64,000 bases of DNA, taken from assembly GCA_963824755.1 (NCBI GenBank), contig CAWGQT010000022.1, forward strand, positions 22,930-86,929, written 5' to 3'. Origin of the DNA: an uncultured Solirubrobacterales bacterium (GTDB lineage: Bacteria > Actinomycetota > Thermoleophilia > Solirubrobacterales > Solirubrobacteraceae). A program made the position numbers and the translations under genes. The notes below the pieces were generated by a model that searched no databases, was not told the DNA's origin, and saw only the letters and a list, made by a program, of their open reading frames with translations. Of the stretch, positions 47,282 through 56,085 are shown one piece after another; position 1 is the stretch's first letter, and each line of letters starts with the position of its first letter.

Positions 47282-49399
47282 ATGGAGAGCTTCGATGCCG
47301 AGGTGGTCGTTCGCCGCACGCGGTACGCGAGCGAGGAGACGGGCTGGGCGGTGATCGATGCCGCCGACGCGGACGGCGAGCCCGTCGTGCTGGTCGGTCC
47401 GCTCGTCCACCTCGAGGAGCAGGAGCGCGCGCACATCACCGGCACGTGGGTGGACGACTCGCGCTACGGGCTGCAGGTGAAGGTCGCGCAGGCGCTGCCG
47501 CTGCCTCCGACGGACGCCGAGACGGTGGCGATCTACCTGCGGCGCGTCAAGCACATCGGGGACAAACGCGCAGCGACCCTGATCTCGCGTTACGGCGCCG
47601 GTGACGTGCTCGGGGCGATTGATCGCGATCCGGCGAGCGCGTTCGCCGCCGCAGGTCTCTCGCGCGGCCGCGCCGAAGAGGCGTCAGCGTCGTGGGAGGC
47701 GCTGCGCGTAACGCGCCAGCTCCACATGATGCTCGCGCCGCACGGTCTCGCGTATCTGGTCAAACGGATCCACACCGAGTACGGCGACGGCGCGCACCGG
47801 ATCGTTCGCGACCGACCGTACGAGCTCACCAGCGTGTTCGGCGTCGGATTTCTGATCGCTGACCGGATCGCGCGGGCAGCCGGAGCCGCGCTGGACGGAG
47901 GCGATCGGATGCGCGCGGGTGTGCTGCACGTGCTCGCCGAAGCCGAGCGTGGTGGCAGCACCTGCCTGCCGATCGATGCGCTCCTGGCCACATTCAGCGA
48001 GTTGCTCGGCGGTGCCGAGATTCCGCGAGCGTTCATCGAGGAGCTCGTCGCGGCCGGCGATGTGGTGCGCGAGGACGAATGGGTCTACCGGCGGGCGACC
48101 GCCGAGCTCGAGGCGGAGCTCGCCGAGCGGGTGGCGGTTCTGGTGCGCAGTGCGTCCGGTGGACGTTTGCGATCGCCGTCGGACGCCGGCCTCGGCGCCG
48201 AGCTGACCGACGAGCAGCGGGCCGGGGTCGTGGCGGCGTTCGAGCATCGTCTGTCGCTGATCACCGGCGGACCCGGAACCGGCAAGACAGCGTCGATCAA
48301 GACGATCGGCACGCTCGCCGCCGATCAGGGCGCGCGGGTGCTGCTCGTCGCGCCGACCGGCCGGGCTGCGGTCCGGATGACCGAAGCGAGCGGGATGATC
48401 GCGCGAACCGTGCACTCCGCACTCGGCTGGATCCCCGGCGAGGGTCCGACCCACGACGAGGAGGATCCGCTCACCTGCGATCTGCTGATCGTCGACGAGA
48501 CCTCGATGGCGAACCTCGAGCTGCTCGTCACCCTCCTGCGAGCGGTGGGTCCGACCGCCCACGTGGTGCTCGTCGGCGATGCCGATCAGCTCGCACCAGT
48601 CGGCGCCGGCAAGCCGTTTGCGGAGCTGGTCGCCTCGGGCGCGGTGCCGACGGTGCGGCTAACTCACATCTTCCGCCAGGCCGCCGGGAGCATGATCGTG
48701 CAGGGCGCCCACGCGATCCGCCGCGGCGAGACGCCGGAGTTCCGCACCACCGACGGGATGCGCCGGGACCTGTTCCTGATCGAGCGCCCCGACCCACGCG
48801 CGGCGCGCGAGGAGATCGTCTCGCTGGTGTCCTCGCGCCTGCCTGAGCACTACGAGGTCGACCCCGTGCGCGACATCCAGGTGTTCGCCCCGGTCTACCG
48901 CGGCGAGCTCGGGATCGACGCGCTGAACGCAGCGCTCCGGGACGCGCTCAATCCCGCTGGACAGCCCGTGCGGGGCGGCCGGCTGCGGGTCGGCGACAAG
49001 CTGATGATGACCGGCCGCAACCTCCACGACCTGGGGCTGATGAACGGCACGCTGCTGACGCTGCTCGACGAGGTGTCAGGTTCCGACGAGGACGATGCGG
49101 CGCTGATCCTGGCCGCCGAGGGCACGGTCTTCCGCCTGCCCCCGGAAGAGGCGGAACGCCTCCGCCTCGCGTACGCATGTTCGGTCCATCGCGGCCAGGG
49201 GATCGAGCTGCCGGTCGCGGTGATCGTGGCGCACCCGGCCGCCGGCGCCTTCTTCCTGCGTCGCGAGATGCTCTACACCGCGGTCACGCGGGCCCGGCTG
49301 GCGACGGTGATCGTGGGAACGCGGGAGGTCATTGGTCGTGCCGCCCGGACCGCGGACACGGGGCGGCGGCACAGCCGCTTGGGCGAGCGGCTGGTTTAG
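47282..49399 (+). CDS. recD2: RecD2-like SF1B DNA helicase
   Basis: N-terminal OB/HhH region (PYEL..VFGVGF..AD.IA), GGPGTGKT, APTGRAA, DETSM, VGDADQL..VGAG, LAYACSVHRGQG, LYTAVTRA. Confidence 0.9.
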   Translation: MESFDAEVVVRRTRYASEETGWAVIDAADADGEPVVLVGPLVHLEEQERAHITGTWVDDSRYGLQVKVAQALPLPPTDAETVAIYLRRVKHIGDKRAATLISRYGAGDVLGAIDRDPASAFAAAGLSRGRAEEASASWEALRVTRQLHMMLAPHGLAYLVKRIHTEYGDGAHRIVRDRPYELTSVFGVGFLIADRIARAAGAALDGGDRMRAGVLHVLAEAERGGSTCLPIDALLATFSELLGGAEIPRAFIEELVAAGDVVREDEWVYRRATAELEAELAERVAVLVRSASGGRLRSPSDAGLGAELTDEQRAGVVAAFEHRLSLITGGPGTGKTASIKTIGTLAADQGARVLLVAPTGRAAVRMTEASGMIARTVHSALGWIPGEGPTHDEEDPLTCDLLIVDETSMANLELLVTLLRAVGPTAHVVLVGDADQLAPVGAGKPFAELVASGAVPTVRLTHIFRQAAGSMIVQGAHAIRRGETPEFRTTDGMRRDLFLIERPDPRAAREEIVSLVSSRLPEHYEVDPVRDIQVFAPVYRGELGIDALNAALRDALNPAGQPVRGGRLRVGDKLMMTGRNLHDLGLMNGTLLTLLDEVSGSDEDDAALILAAEGTVFRLPPEEAERLRLAYACSVHRGQGIELPVAVIVAHPAAGAFFLRREMLYTAVTRARLATVIVGTREVIGRAARTADTGRRHSRLGERLV

Positions 49400-49570
49400 G
49401 GGCCGGCGCTTGCGCGCCGGCGTCCGTGGGGCCGCGAGGGCCCGTCCAGACCGCGCCGAACCCCTGCGCAACTCGACGACCAGTCGCTCCGGTATTCGCG
49501 ACCTTCACGATCTCCCGGTAGAGGCGCCGGTGACCCGGCGCGTTTCGCGGCGCAGTCCGGCGCGGGCTGG

Positions 49571-50575
49571 ATGATCCCGGGCGCGGTGAACTTCTCCTCG
49601 GCGCTCACTCACATCGACCGTGTGCAGCGGCGCACTCCGGCGCTCGCCGTCCCCGTCGCAGTGATCAAGAAGTTCCTCGACGACGGGGTCAACCGACTCG
49701 GCGTCCAGATCGCCTACTGGGGCTTCTTCTCCGTCTTCGCGCTGCTGCTCGTGTTCGCCTCGATCCTCGGCTTCGTGTTTCAAAGCGACCCCAGCCTCCA
49801 GCATCGGCTGGTGGACTCGACAATCGAGCGCCTGCCGGTGATCGGTCCCCAGCTCCGCGGGAGCGTCGGCTCGCTGACGGGAAGCGGGGTCGCGCTTGCG
49901 ATCGGCTTGATCGGCGCGCTGTGGACCGGCCTTGCCGTGACACTCGCGTTCGGCAACGCGCTTGACCGGATCTGGGCGGTTCCGCAGGTCAGACGTGCCG
50001 GCTTCGTCAGCTCACGGGCGCGCGGACTCCTCGTGCTGGCATCGATCGGAACCGCCAACGTCGCGGCGACCATCGGCGTCGGGCTCGCGGCGTCCGGCGG
50101 CGCAGGGGGAACGATCACGAACATTCTGAGCCTGCTCGGCTCGGCGTTCGTCGACGTCGTTCTGTTCACGGTGTCGTTTCGCCTCCTGACCAGCGCCCAG
50201 ACCACGGTGCGTGAGGTGCTTCCAGGCGCCCTGCTGGCGAGCGCCTGCTGGTTGGGGCTCCAGGTGGCTGGCGGCGTCTACGTGACCAGGGTGCTGGCGG
50301 GAAGCAGCGAAACGTACGGCGGCTTCGCGGCCGTGGTAGGCCTGCTGACGTGGCTCCTGCTGGCATCGGAGCTCGTGCTGATCGCCGCCGAGTTGAACGT
50401 CGTGCTGGCGCGCCGGCTGTGGCCGCGCTCCCTGACGGGCGAGCTGCTCGAGACCGACGAGCGCGCGCTCGGCGACGCGGCGCGTGCGGCTCAGCTGCAT
50501 CCGCGCCAGCAGATCACCGTCAGCTTCACGCCGTCAGGGGGCGAGAATGCGGGCGAGGAGCCTGGAGGGACCTGA
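49571..50575 (+). CDS. YihY/virulence factor BrkB family membrane protein
   Basis: DD..R....IAYWGFFSVF.L, GSLTGSG.AL.IG, ALDRIW, TYGGFAAVVGLL.WL. Confidence 0.88.
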   Translation: MIPGAVNFSSALTHIDRVQRRTPALAVPVAVIKKFLDDGVNRLGVQIAYWGFFSVFALLLVFASILGFVFQSDPSLQHRLVDSTIERLPVIGPQLRGSVGSLTGSGVALAIGLIGALWTGLAVTLAFGNALDRIWAVPQVRRAGFVSSRARGLLVLASIGTANVAATIGVGLAASGGAGGTITNILSLLGSAFVDVVLFTVSFRLLTSAQTTVREVLPGALLASACWLGLQVAGGVYVTRVLAGSSETYGGFAAVVGLLTWLLLASELVLIAAELNVVLARRLWPRSLTGELLETDERALGDAARAAQLHPRQQITVSFTPSGGENAGEEPGGT

Positions 50576-50611
50576 GTTCCCTTTGGACTCCGGCCGGGGC
50601 GCGAGATACTG

Positions 50612-51133
50612 GTGTGGATGGCAAAGGAGCGACCGGTCGCTCGTTCGGGCGCGTCAGCGAACGCGCCCTGGGATGTGGAGGTCACGGTGACGAGTGTGCC
50701 TCCCGTACGGCGTCGGACCGCCACGAGTTTGTTCGTCTCGCGGCCGCTTGCCGGCTTGGCATTGGTACTTGCTCTCCTCGCCGCGGTGGCCTTCGGTCTT
50801 CTCGGGCACCGTGGGGCCGCTCACCGGCTCACCGGGCCAGCCGCCGTAGCGCCCGACACGGGCGCACTGGCTGCAGTCGCAATGTCGTACGGGTACCCGT
50901 CGCGATGCCTGAACGTCACGATTTCACCCAGCGTCCCGGCCTACGCCCAGGCCGAGCTCGTTCGGAGGCCCGGCTGCCCGCCGTATCGAGGGTACGTCAA
51001 CGCGACCTTTCATCGCGTCGATGGCACCTGGCGACTGGTACTCGACGAGGGGCAGCTGTTCGTCCCGAACCGGCTCCTCCGCCGGTGCCGCGCCGCATGG
51101 CCCAGCTGCCGGCCCACCCGGGCTCGCTGGTAG
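50612..51133 (+). CDS. Membrane-anchored or secreted hypothetical protein
   Basis: Hydrophobic segment then YGYP..C...C..Y domain; start uncertain. Confidence 0.5.
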   Translation: MWMAKERPVARSGASANAPWDVEVTVTSVPPVRRRTATSLFVSRPLAGLALVLALLAAVAFGLLGHRGAAHRLTGPAAVAPDTGALAAVAMSYGYPSRCLNVTISPSVPAYAQAELVRRPGCPPYRGYVNATFHRVDGTWRLVLDEGQLFVPNRLLRRCRAAWPSCRPTRARW

Positions 51134-51181
51134 CCTGGCGCCTGCACACGGAAGTCGTAGGAGATCAAAGGGGGACGGAGC

Positions 51182-51651
51182 GTGACTAGTCTCAGGCGGT
51201 TGGTGCCGCGGTAGCGATCGCGGCTCCGCTGGTCGTGGTTGTCGCCGGCGGCTCGGCACTCGGCGCGCCAGGCAGTGTCGGCCGACCGGCACGCAACGGG
51301 CGCTGGACGGGCCGCACATCACAGGGCCTGGCAATCGCTCTGCGCGTCCGCGATCACCGCGTCGTCTCGATCAGCGGCACCGTTCACCTCACCGCGGTGG
51401 CCGGCTTCGTCGCTGGCGCTTGCGCGCAACCCCGCAAGTTCAGTGCCACGCTGAACAGCGCTGGATCGGGGCCCGGCACCAGCGACACCCACGGGTTCCG
51501 CCTGTGGGTCGTGAAAGATCCATTTGCCTGGGCCAAGGGCCGGATCACCGGCGCGCGCACGATCAGGGGCACGCTGACCTTCCAATCCGACGGTTCTCCC
51601 GATCCTTGCGAGGCTTCCGTGCACTTCACAGCCCACCCGGCTGTCAGCTGA
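51182..51651 (+). pseudogene. Secreted hypothetical protein with a probable 1-nt frameshift in the signal peptide
   Basis: RBS plus GTG 51182 gives MTSLRR then stops; adding one base near 51200 yields MTSLRRxGAAVAIAAPLVVVVAGG continuing into the 51235 ORF. Confidence 0.45.
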
Positions 51652-51702
51652 GTCAGCTGCTTGCGGGCGCGCGGCGTTAGCTGCAGGTTGATGGCGCCCG
51701 GG

Positions 51703-51729
51703 TGATCCGCTTCGCAGCCGGCCGCGTAT
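51703..51729 (+). promoter_or_regulatory. ECF-type promoter motif, copy 1
   Basis: TGATCC-gcttcgcagccggccg-CGTAT, ending 7-10 nt before the NiCoT start. Confidence 0.65.
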
Positions 51730-51738
51730 AGGCCGGTG

Positions 51739-52890
51739 ATGGAAGCTCTCTCGTTGCCGTCGTCGGGCGAGTCGCGGCTGGCGCGAATCAAGGCGTCGAT
51801 GTCGCCGCAGGAGTGGCGGCGGCTCGGCGGAATGGCCGCCGTGATCGCCGGCCTGCACATCCTGGGGTTCGGGCTCCTGATCCTGGTGGTAGCGCCGGAG
51901 CACCTCAAGCTCGGTGCGGCCGGCACGTTCGCGATTGGAACCGGAATTACGGCGTACACACTTGGTATGCGCCACGCGTTCGACGCCGACCACATCTCCG
52001 CGATCGACAACACCACGCGAAAGATGATGGGCGAGGGCAAGCGCCCTTTGAGCGTCGGCTTCTTCTTCTCGCTCGGGCACTCGACGATCGTGTTCGGCCT
52101 GACGTTCCTGCTCGCGATCGGCATCCGCGCGCTGAGCGGCCCCGTTCAGAACAGCCAGTCGACGTTGCACAAGGCGACGAACGTGATCGGGACCACCGTG
52201 TCGGGAGCGTTTCTGTACATCATCGCGATTCTCAACATCCTGATCCTGGTGAGCATCGTCCGGATCTTCTTCGGGATGCGGCGGGGGGCGTACGACGAGC
52301 ACGAGCTCGAGCAACAGCTCAACTCTCGCGGACTGATGAGCCGCTTCTTCGGCAAGCGGCTGAACGCGATCAAGGACCCGTGGCATATGTATCCCATCGG
52401 CATCCTGTTCGGCCTCGGATTCGACACCGCCACCGAGATCGGGCTGCTCGTCCTGGCCGCCGGCGCGGGCGCGGCGGGCCTGCCGTTCTACGCGATCCTC
52501 TGCCTGCCGGTCCTGTTCGCCGCCGGCATGTCATTGCTCGACACGATCGACGGGTCGTTTATGAACTTTGCGTACGGCTGGGCGTTCTCCAAGCCTGTTC
52601 GCAAGGTTTATTACAACATCACGATCACAGGGTTGTCGGTGGTAGTTGCCCTGTTTATCGGAACCTGCGAGCTGTTGGGGCTGCTGGTCCAAAAACTCGG
52701 ACTGCACGGCCCGGTCGCCGGCTGGTTCCAGCACTTCAACATCAACACCGCCGGATTCATCATCGTCGCGATGTTTGTTGGTACCTGGGCTCTCGCACTT
52801 GCGATCTGGCGCTTCGCCAAGATCGAAGAGAAATGGAGCGTCGGCATGCAGCTCGCGGCCACGCGCTCCGGCCGCAAGCAGGACACTTGA
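51739..52890 (+). CDS. HoxN/HupN/NixA (NiCoT) nickel/cobalt permease
   Basis: GMRHAFDADHISAID (HX4DH signature), FFSLGHSTIV, GLGFDTATEI, DTIDG..M..AY.WAF..P.RK.YYN.TIT. Confidence 0.95.
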   Translation: MEALSLPSSGESRLARIKASMSPQEWRRLGGMAAVIAGLHILGFGLLILVVAPEHLKLGAAGTFAIGTGITAYTLGMRHAFDADHISAIDNTTRKMMGEGKRPLSVGFFFSLGHSTIVFGLTFLLAIGIRALSGPVQNSQSTLHKATNVIGTTVSGAFLYIIAILNILILVSIVRIFFGMRRGAYDEHELEQQLNSRGLMSRFFGKRLNAIKDPWHMYPIGILFGLGFDTATEIGLLVLAAGAGAAGLPFYAILCLPVLFAAGMSLLDTIDGSFMNFAYGWAFSKPVRKVYYNITITGLSVVVALFIGTCELLGLLVQKLGLHGPVAGWFQHFNINTAGFIIVAMFVGTWALALAIWRFAKIEEKWSVGMQLAATRSGRKQDT

Positions 52891-52901
52891 GACACTTCCG
52901 T

Positions 52902-52928
52902 TGATCCAAGTCGGCGTGCAGCTCGTAT
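52902..52928 (+). promoter_or_regulatory. ECF-type promoter motif, copy 2
   Basis: TGATCC-aagtcggcgtgcagct-CGTAT upstream of tatA. Confidence 0.65.
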
Positions 52929-52965
52929 TGGTCATAACAAACCTCGAGCCTGATCGGAGTCACAC

Positions 52966-53205
52966 ATGCTTGGACTTGACAATCCAATTCACATTCTCTT
53001 CCTGCTGGTGATTCTGCTTCTGGTATTCGGCGCCAAGCGGTTGCCGGAGTTGGGACGTTCGCTCGGTTCGGGTCTGCGAGGGTTCAAGGACACGATCAAC
53101 GGCGATCCCGCCCGCCCGGAGCAGCTGACCGCAAACGCCGCGCTGGCGAGCGAGCCGACCTCCGAGTCCCGCGAGAACAGCACCACCGCGAGCCACGCCG
53201 CGTAG
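52966..53205 (+). CDS. tatA: Twin-arginine translocase subunit TatA
   Basis: TM helix, then FGAKRLPELGRSLG.GLRGFK amphipathic helix; RBS ggag. Confidence 0.93.
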   Translation: MLGLDNPIHILFLLVILLLVFGAKRLPELGRSLGSGLRGFKDTINGDPARPEQLTANAALASEPTSESRENSTTASHAA

Positions 53206-53236
53206 CTCCGGGCGTACTCACCGACCATCTGTCCCG

Positions 53237-54223
53237 ATGCGGGCTGCTGCCGTGCTCAGGCCGATCGGCCAGGCCGATCACCTGACCGTCGTCGACCACC
53301 TCGACGAGCTCCGCGCGCGGCTGATCGTCTCGCTACTCGCAGTCGCGGTCGCGTTCGGGCTGTGCTTCTGGCAGAACCACCGGCTGCTGCGTTTGATCAA
53401 CGCCCCGCTCGCGCACCAGACACAACAACAGGTGCGCGATGGGCAAGGCCCGCTGGGAGCCACTTACACTGTCAGCCGCAGCGCGAGGGACGTGGCCGTC
53501 CAGCTGCAGACGGTCGTCGGTCTGCTGGCTGCCGAGCGGGGCCAGCCGGCGGTGTCCAGGACGCTCCGTCAGGTCGACGCGAATCTTGGCCGCGACGTCG
53601 CCCGGCTCTCGGCTCCACCGCCCGGCGACCGTCCGGTGACGCTCGGGATCGGCGAACCGTTCACGACGACCGTCACCGTGTCACTGATCTTCGCGCTGAT
53701 TCTCGCGCTCCCCGTTCTGTTGCTTCAGGCTTACGCATTCTTGATGCCGGCGGCCGACCCGGCACTGCGCCGGCGGATGCGACCGGTACTGCTCGCGATC
53801 CCGATCCTGATGACCGCCGGCGTGACCTTCGGCTACTTCGTCGTCCTGCCCGCGGCTCTGCACTTCTTCCAGAACTTCAACAGCACGCAGTTCAACGTGC
53901 TCGTACAGGCGAGCCAGTACTACAAGTTCGCTGCGACCATCCTGCTCGCCATGGCCCTTCTGTTCCAGATTCCCGTCGTCATACTGGGGATCACGCGAGC
54001 GGGCTTGGTAACCCCTGCACAACTGCGCCGGAATCGGCGCTATGCGCTCGGGGCGTGCGCGTTGCTCGCCGCGGTTCTGCCTGGCGATGTGATCACGATG
54101 CTGCTCGAGATTGCGCCGCTGTACCTGCTGTTCGAAGGCAGTGTCTTGGTAGCGGCCATCGCCGCACGCCGCCGTGGATCTCGCGTCGGTGACACTTCGC
54201 CGACTTCCGTCCCGGCTGGGTGA
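53237..54223 (+). CDS. tatC: Twin-arginine translocase subunit TatC (atypical)
   Basis: HLDELRARL, EPF, P.LL.Q..AF..P, G..FGYFVVLP.AL.FF, FQIP, RRNRRYA, PGD...M. Confidence 0.92.
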   Translation: MRAAAVLRPIGQADHLTVVDHLDELRARLIVSLLAVAVAFGLCFWQNHRLLRLINAPLAHQTQQQVRDGQGPLGATYTVSRSARDVAVQLQTVVGLLAAERGQPAVSRTLRQVDANLGRDVARLSAPPPGDRPVTLGIGEPFTTTVTVSLIFALILALPVLLLQAYAFLMPAADPALRRRMRPVLLAIPILMTAGVTFGYFVVLPAALHFFQNFNSTQFNVLVQASQYYKFAATILLAMALLFQIPVVILGITRAGLVTPAQLRRNRRYALGACALLAAVLPGDVITMLLEIAPLYLLFEGSVLVAAIAARRRGSRVGDTSPTSVPAG

Positions 54224-54247
54224 TCCGTTTTCGCGCGGCATCCGTAT
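54221..54247 (+). promoter_or_regulatory. ECF-type promoter motif, copy 3
   Basis: TGATCC-gttttcgcgcggcatc-CGTAT starting at the tatC stop codon. Confidence 0.65.
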
Positions 54248-54300
54248 CGGATGTCAACAAGCCAACCACCACCCAGCTCAGGGGGTTGAAAGGAGCAGTT

Positions 54301-54630
54301 ATGACCGACGAGCGGAACAGCGGCGGCGGAGTGACGCGGCTGTCGTTCATCAAGGCGGGCGCAGGCGTAGCTGCGGGAGTCGCCGCGGCCAGCGTCCCTG
54401 CCGCAGCCGTGCTTTCCGGGGAGAAGAAGGGCGTTGTTACCTCGCCTTCGTCTTCCGCGCCGAAAGAACCGGTAATGGCGTACGTGCGCGATGCGCAGAA
54501 GGGCGAGGTGACGGTGTTGTCCGGCACCGCCGAGACGACGTATCGCGACCACGGGCTCGTCCGGCGTCTGATGGACGCCGCACCCGAGCCTTCAAGCCTG
54601 AACGGAGGAATCGATGTCATCGCACCGTGA
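54301..54630 (+). CDS. Small protein with Tat-like signal peptide (T-R-L-S-F-I-K)
   Basis: RBS gaaaggag; VTRLSFIK, then Ala-rich h-region and PAAA; overlaps the DUF4331 start by 17 bp. Confidence 0.75.
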   Translation: MTDERNSGGGVTRLSFIKAGAGVAAGVAAASVPAAAVLSGEKKGVVTSPSSSAPKEPVMAYVRDAQKGEVTVLSGTAETTYRDHGLVRRLMDAAPEPSSLNGGIDVIAP

Positions 54631-56014
54631 AGCACCGGAGATCAGCAAGGATCCGGTGGCGGACCACACGGACGTTTATGCGTTCGTCAGTCCCGACCGA
54701 CCGGACACGGTCACGCTGATCAGTAACTTCGTTCCGCTTCAGGATCCCCCTGGCGGACCGAACTTCTTCGAGTTCGGCGACGACGTCCTGTACTCGATCA
54801 ACATCGACAACGACGGCGACGGGGTCCCGGAGATCTCCTACGTCTTCAGGTTCCAGACCCTCCTGCGTGACACAGAGACGTTCCTGTACAACACGGGTCC
54901 GATCACCTCGCTCGGCAGCAAGAACTGGAACAAGCGTCAGTTCTATTCGGTCACGCGTGTAACGGGTGGCGACACGACAAAGTTCGGGAACGGCGGCCGC
55001 GGGCTGAGGGCAAAGGTGCTCGGCACCAATCTGCAGTGCCCGCCGTGCAACATTGGGCCACGCTCGACGCCGAACTACCCGGCACTCGGTGCTGCCGCCG
55101 TTCACACCCTATCGGGCGGCGTCAAGGTGTTCGCCGGTCAGCGGCTGGAGGGGTTCTACGTCGACCTCGGAGCGATCTTCGATCTCGGCGACCTGCGCCC
55201 GTTCCAGCACCTGCACCTGATCCCCAGCGCCGACGCGGTGGGGGTTGACGCGACCAAGACGCTCAATGTCCACACGATCGCGATTCAGGTACCGATCTCA
55301 GACCTGACCGCAAGCAGGTCGGTGCCAAAGAATCCGATGAGCAAGAACGCGGTGATCGGCGTGTGGTCCTCGTCCAGCCGCCGCAAGGTGCGGATGCTGA
55401 ACGGCAACGGCGTTCCGTCTGAGTCCGGGCCCTGGGTTCAGGTCTCACGACTCGGCAATCCGCTGTTCAACGAGGTGATCGTGCCGCTCGGCGACAAGGA
55501 TCGCTGGAACGCCCTGCCGCCGGCTGCTGACAAGCAGTTCGTCAAGTACGTGGAGAAGCCCGAGCTCGCCGGCCTGCTGCCGGTTCTGTACCCGGGCGTG
55601 TTCCCGAACTTGGCGAAGTTGAACAAGCCGCGCGCCGATCTGGTGGCGGTGCTGCTGACAGGCATTCCGTCCGGCATCGTTCCCGGGTTCCAGAACTACA
55701 CGGGCAAGACGCTGGCCGACCAGCTGCGGCTCAACCTCGCGATCCCGCCGACGAAGTCCAAGCCGAGCCTGTATGGCCTGCTCGGCGGCGACGCCGCCGG
55801 TTTCCCCAACGGGCGGCGGGTGTTCGACGACATCGTCAGCATCGAGCTGCGAGCGATTGCCGGCGTCACCTACGCACTGGTCGACAAGTCCTTCAAGCCC
55901 GATGGAGCGGCGTCGGAGCTGACGGAGGGACTGACACCCGGTGCGGGCCGCTACCAGAGCACGTTCCCGTATCTCGGCACGCCGAGGAGCGGGTTCGACA
56001 CGCCGTCCAGTTAG
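54614..56014 (+). CDS. DUF4331 domain protein (no signal peptide, N-terminus MSSHREAP)
   Basis: SSHREAP.I..DP.AD.TD.YAF, F.F.DDV.Y.I.IDN.GDG, FAGQR...F.VDLG.IFD, QVSRLGNPLFNEV, GFPNGRR..DD. Confidence 0.88.
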   Translation: MSSHREAPEISKDPVADHTDVYAFVSPDRPDTVTLISNFVPLQDPPGGPNFFEFGDDVLYSINIDNDGDGVPEISYVFRFQTLLRDTETFLYNTGPITSLGSKNWNKRQFYSVTRVTGGDTTKFGNGGRGLRAKVLGTNLQCPPCNIGPRSTPNYPALGAAAVHTLSGGVKVFAGQRLEGFYVDLGAIFDLGDLRPFQHLHLIPSADAVGVDATKTLNVHTIAIQVPISDLTASRSVPKNPMSKNAVIGVWSSSSRRKVRMLNGNGVPSESGPWVQVSRLGNPLFNEVIVPLGDKDRWNALPPAADKQFVKYVEKPELAGLLPVLYPGVFPNLAKLNKPRADLVAVLLTGIPSGIVPGFQNYTGKTLADQLRLNLAIPPTKSKPSLYGLLGGDAAGFPNGRRVFDDIVSIELRAIAGVTYALVDKSFKPDGAASELTEGLTPGAGRYQSTFPYLGTPRSGFDTPSS

Positions 56015-56029
56015 GTGCAGTTCCCGGGT

Positions 56030-56055
56030 GCTGGGCGCCACGGACGGCGCCCAGC
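56030..56055 (+). terminator. Strong hairpin between DUF4331 and His-rich gene (terminator, attenuator or mRNA stabiliser)
   Basis: gctgggcgcc-acggac-ggcgcccagc followed by tcttc. Confidence 0.55.
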
Positions 56056-56085
56056 TCTTCACACTCGATCCCGAAAGAGGACTTG

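Noticed and set aside
51650-51740. NiCo or cobalamin riboswitch upstream of the NiCoT gene
   Set aside because: The gap is short, the conserved blocks are not recognisable, and the promoter motif sits immediately before the start
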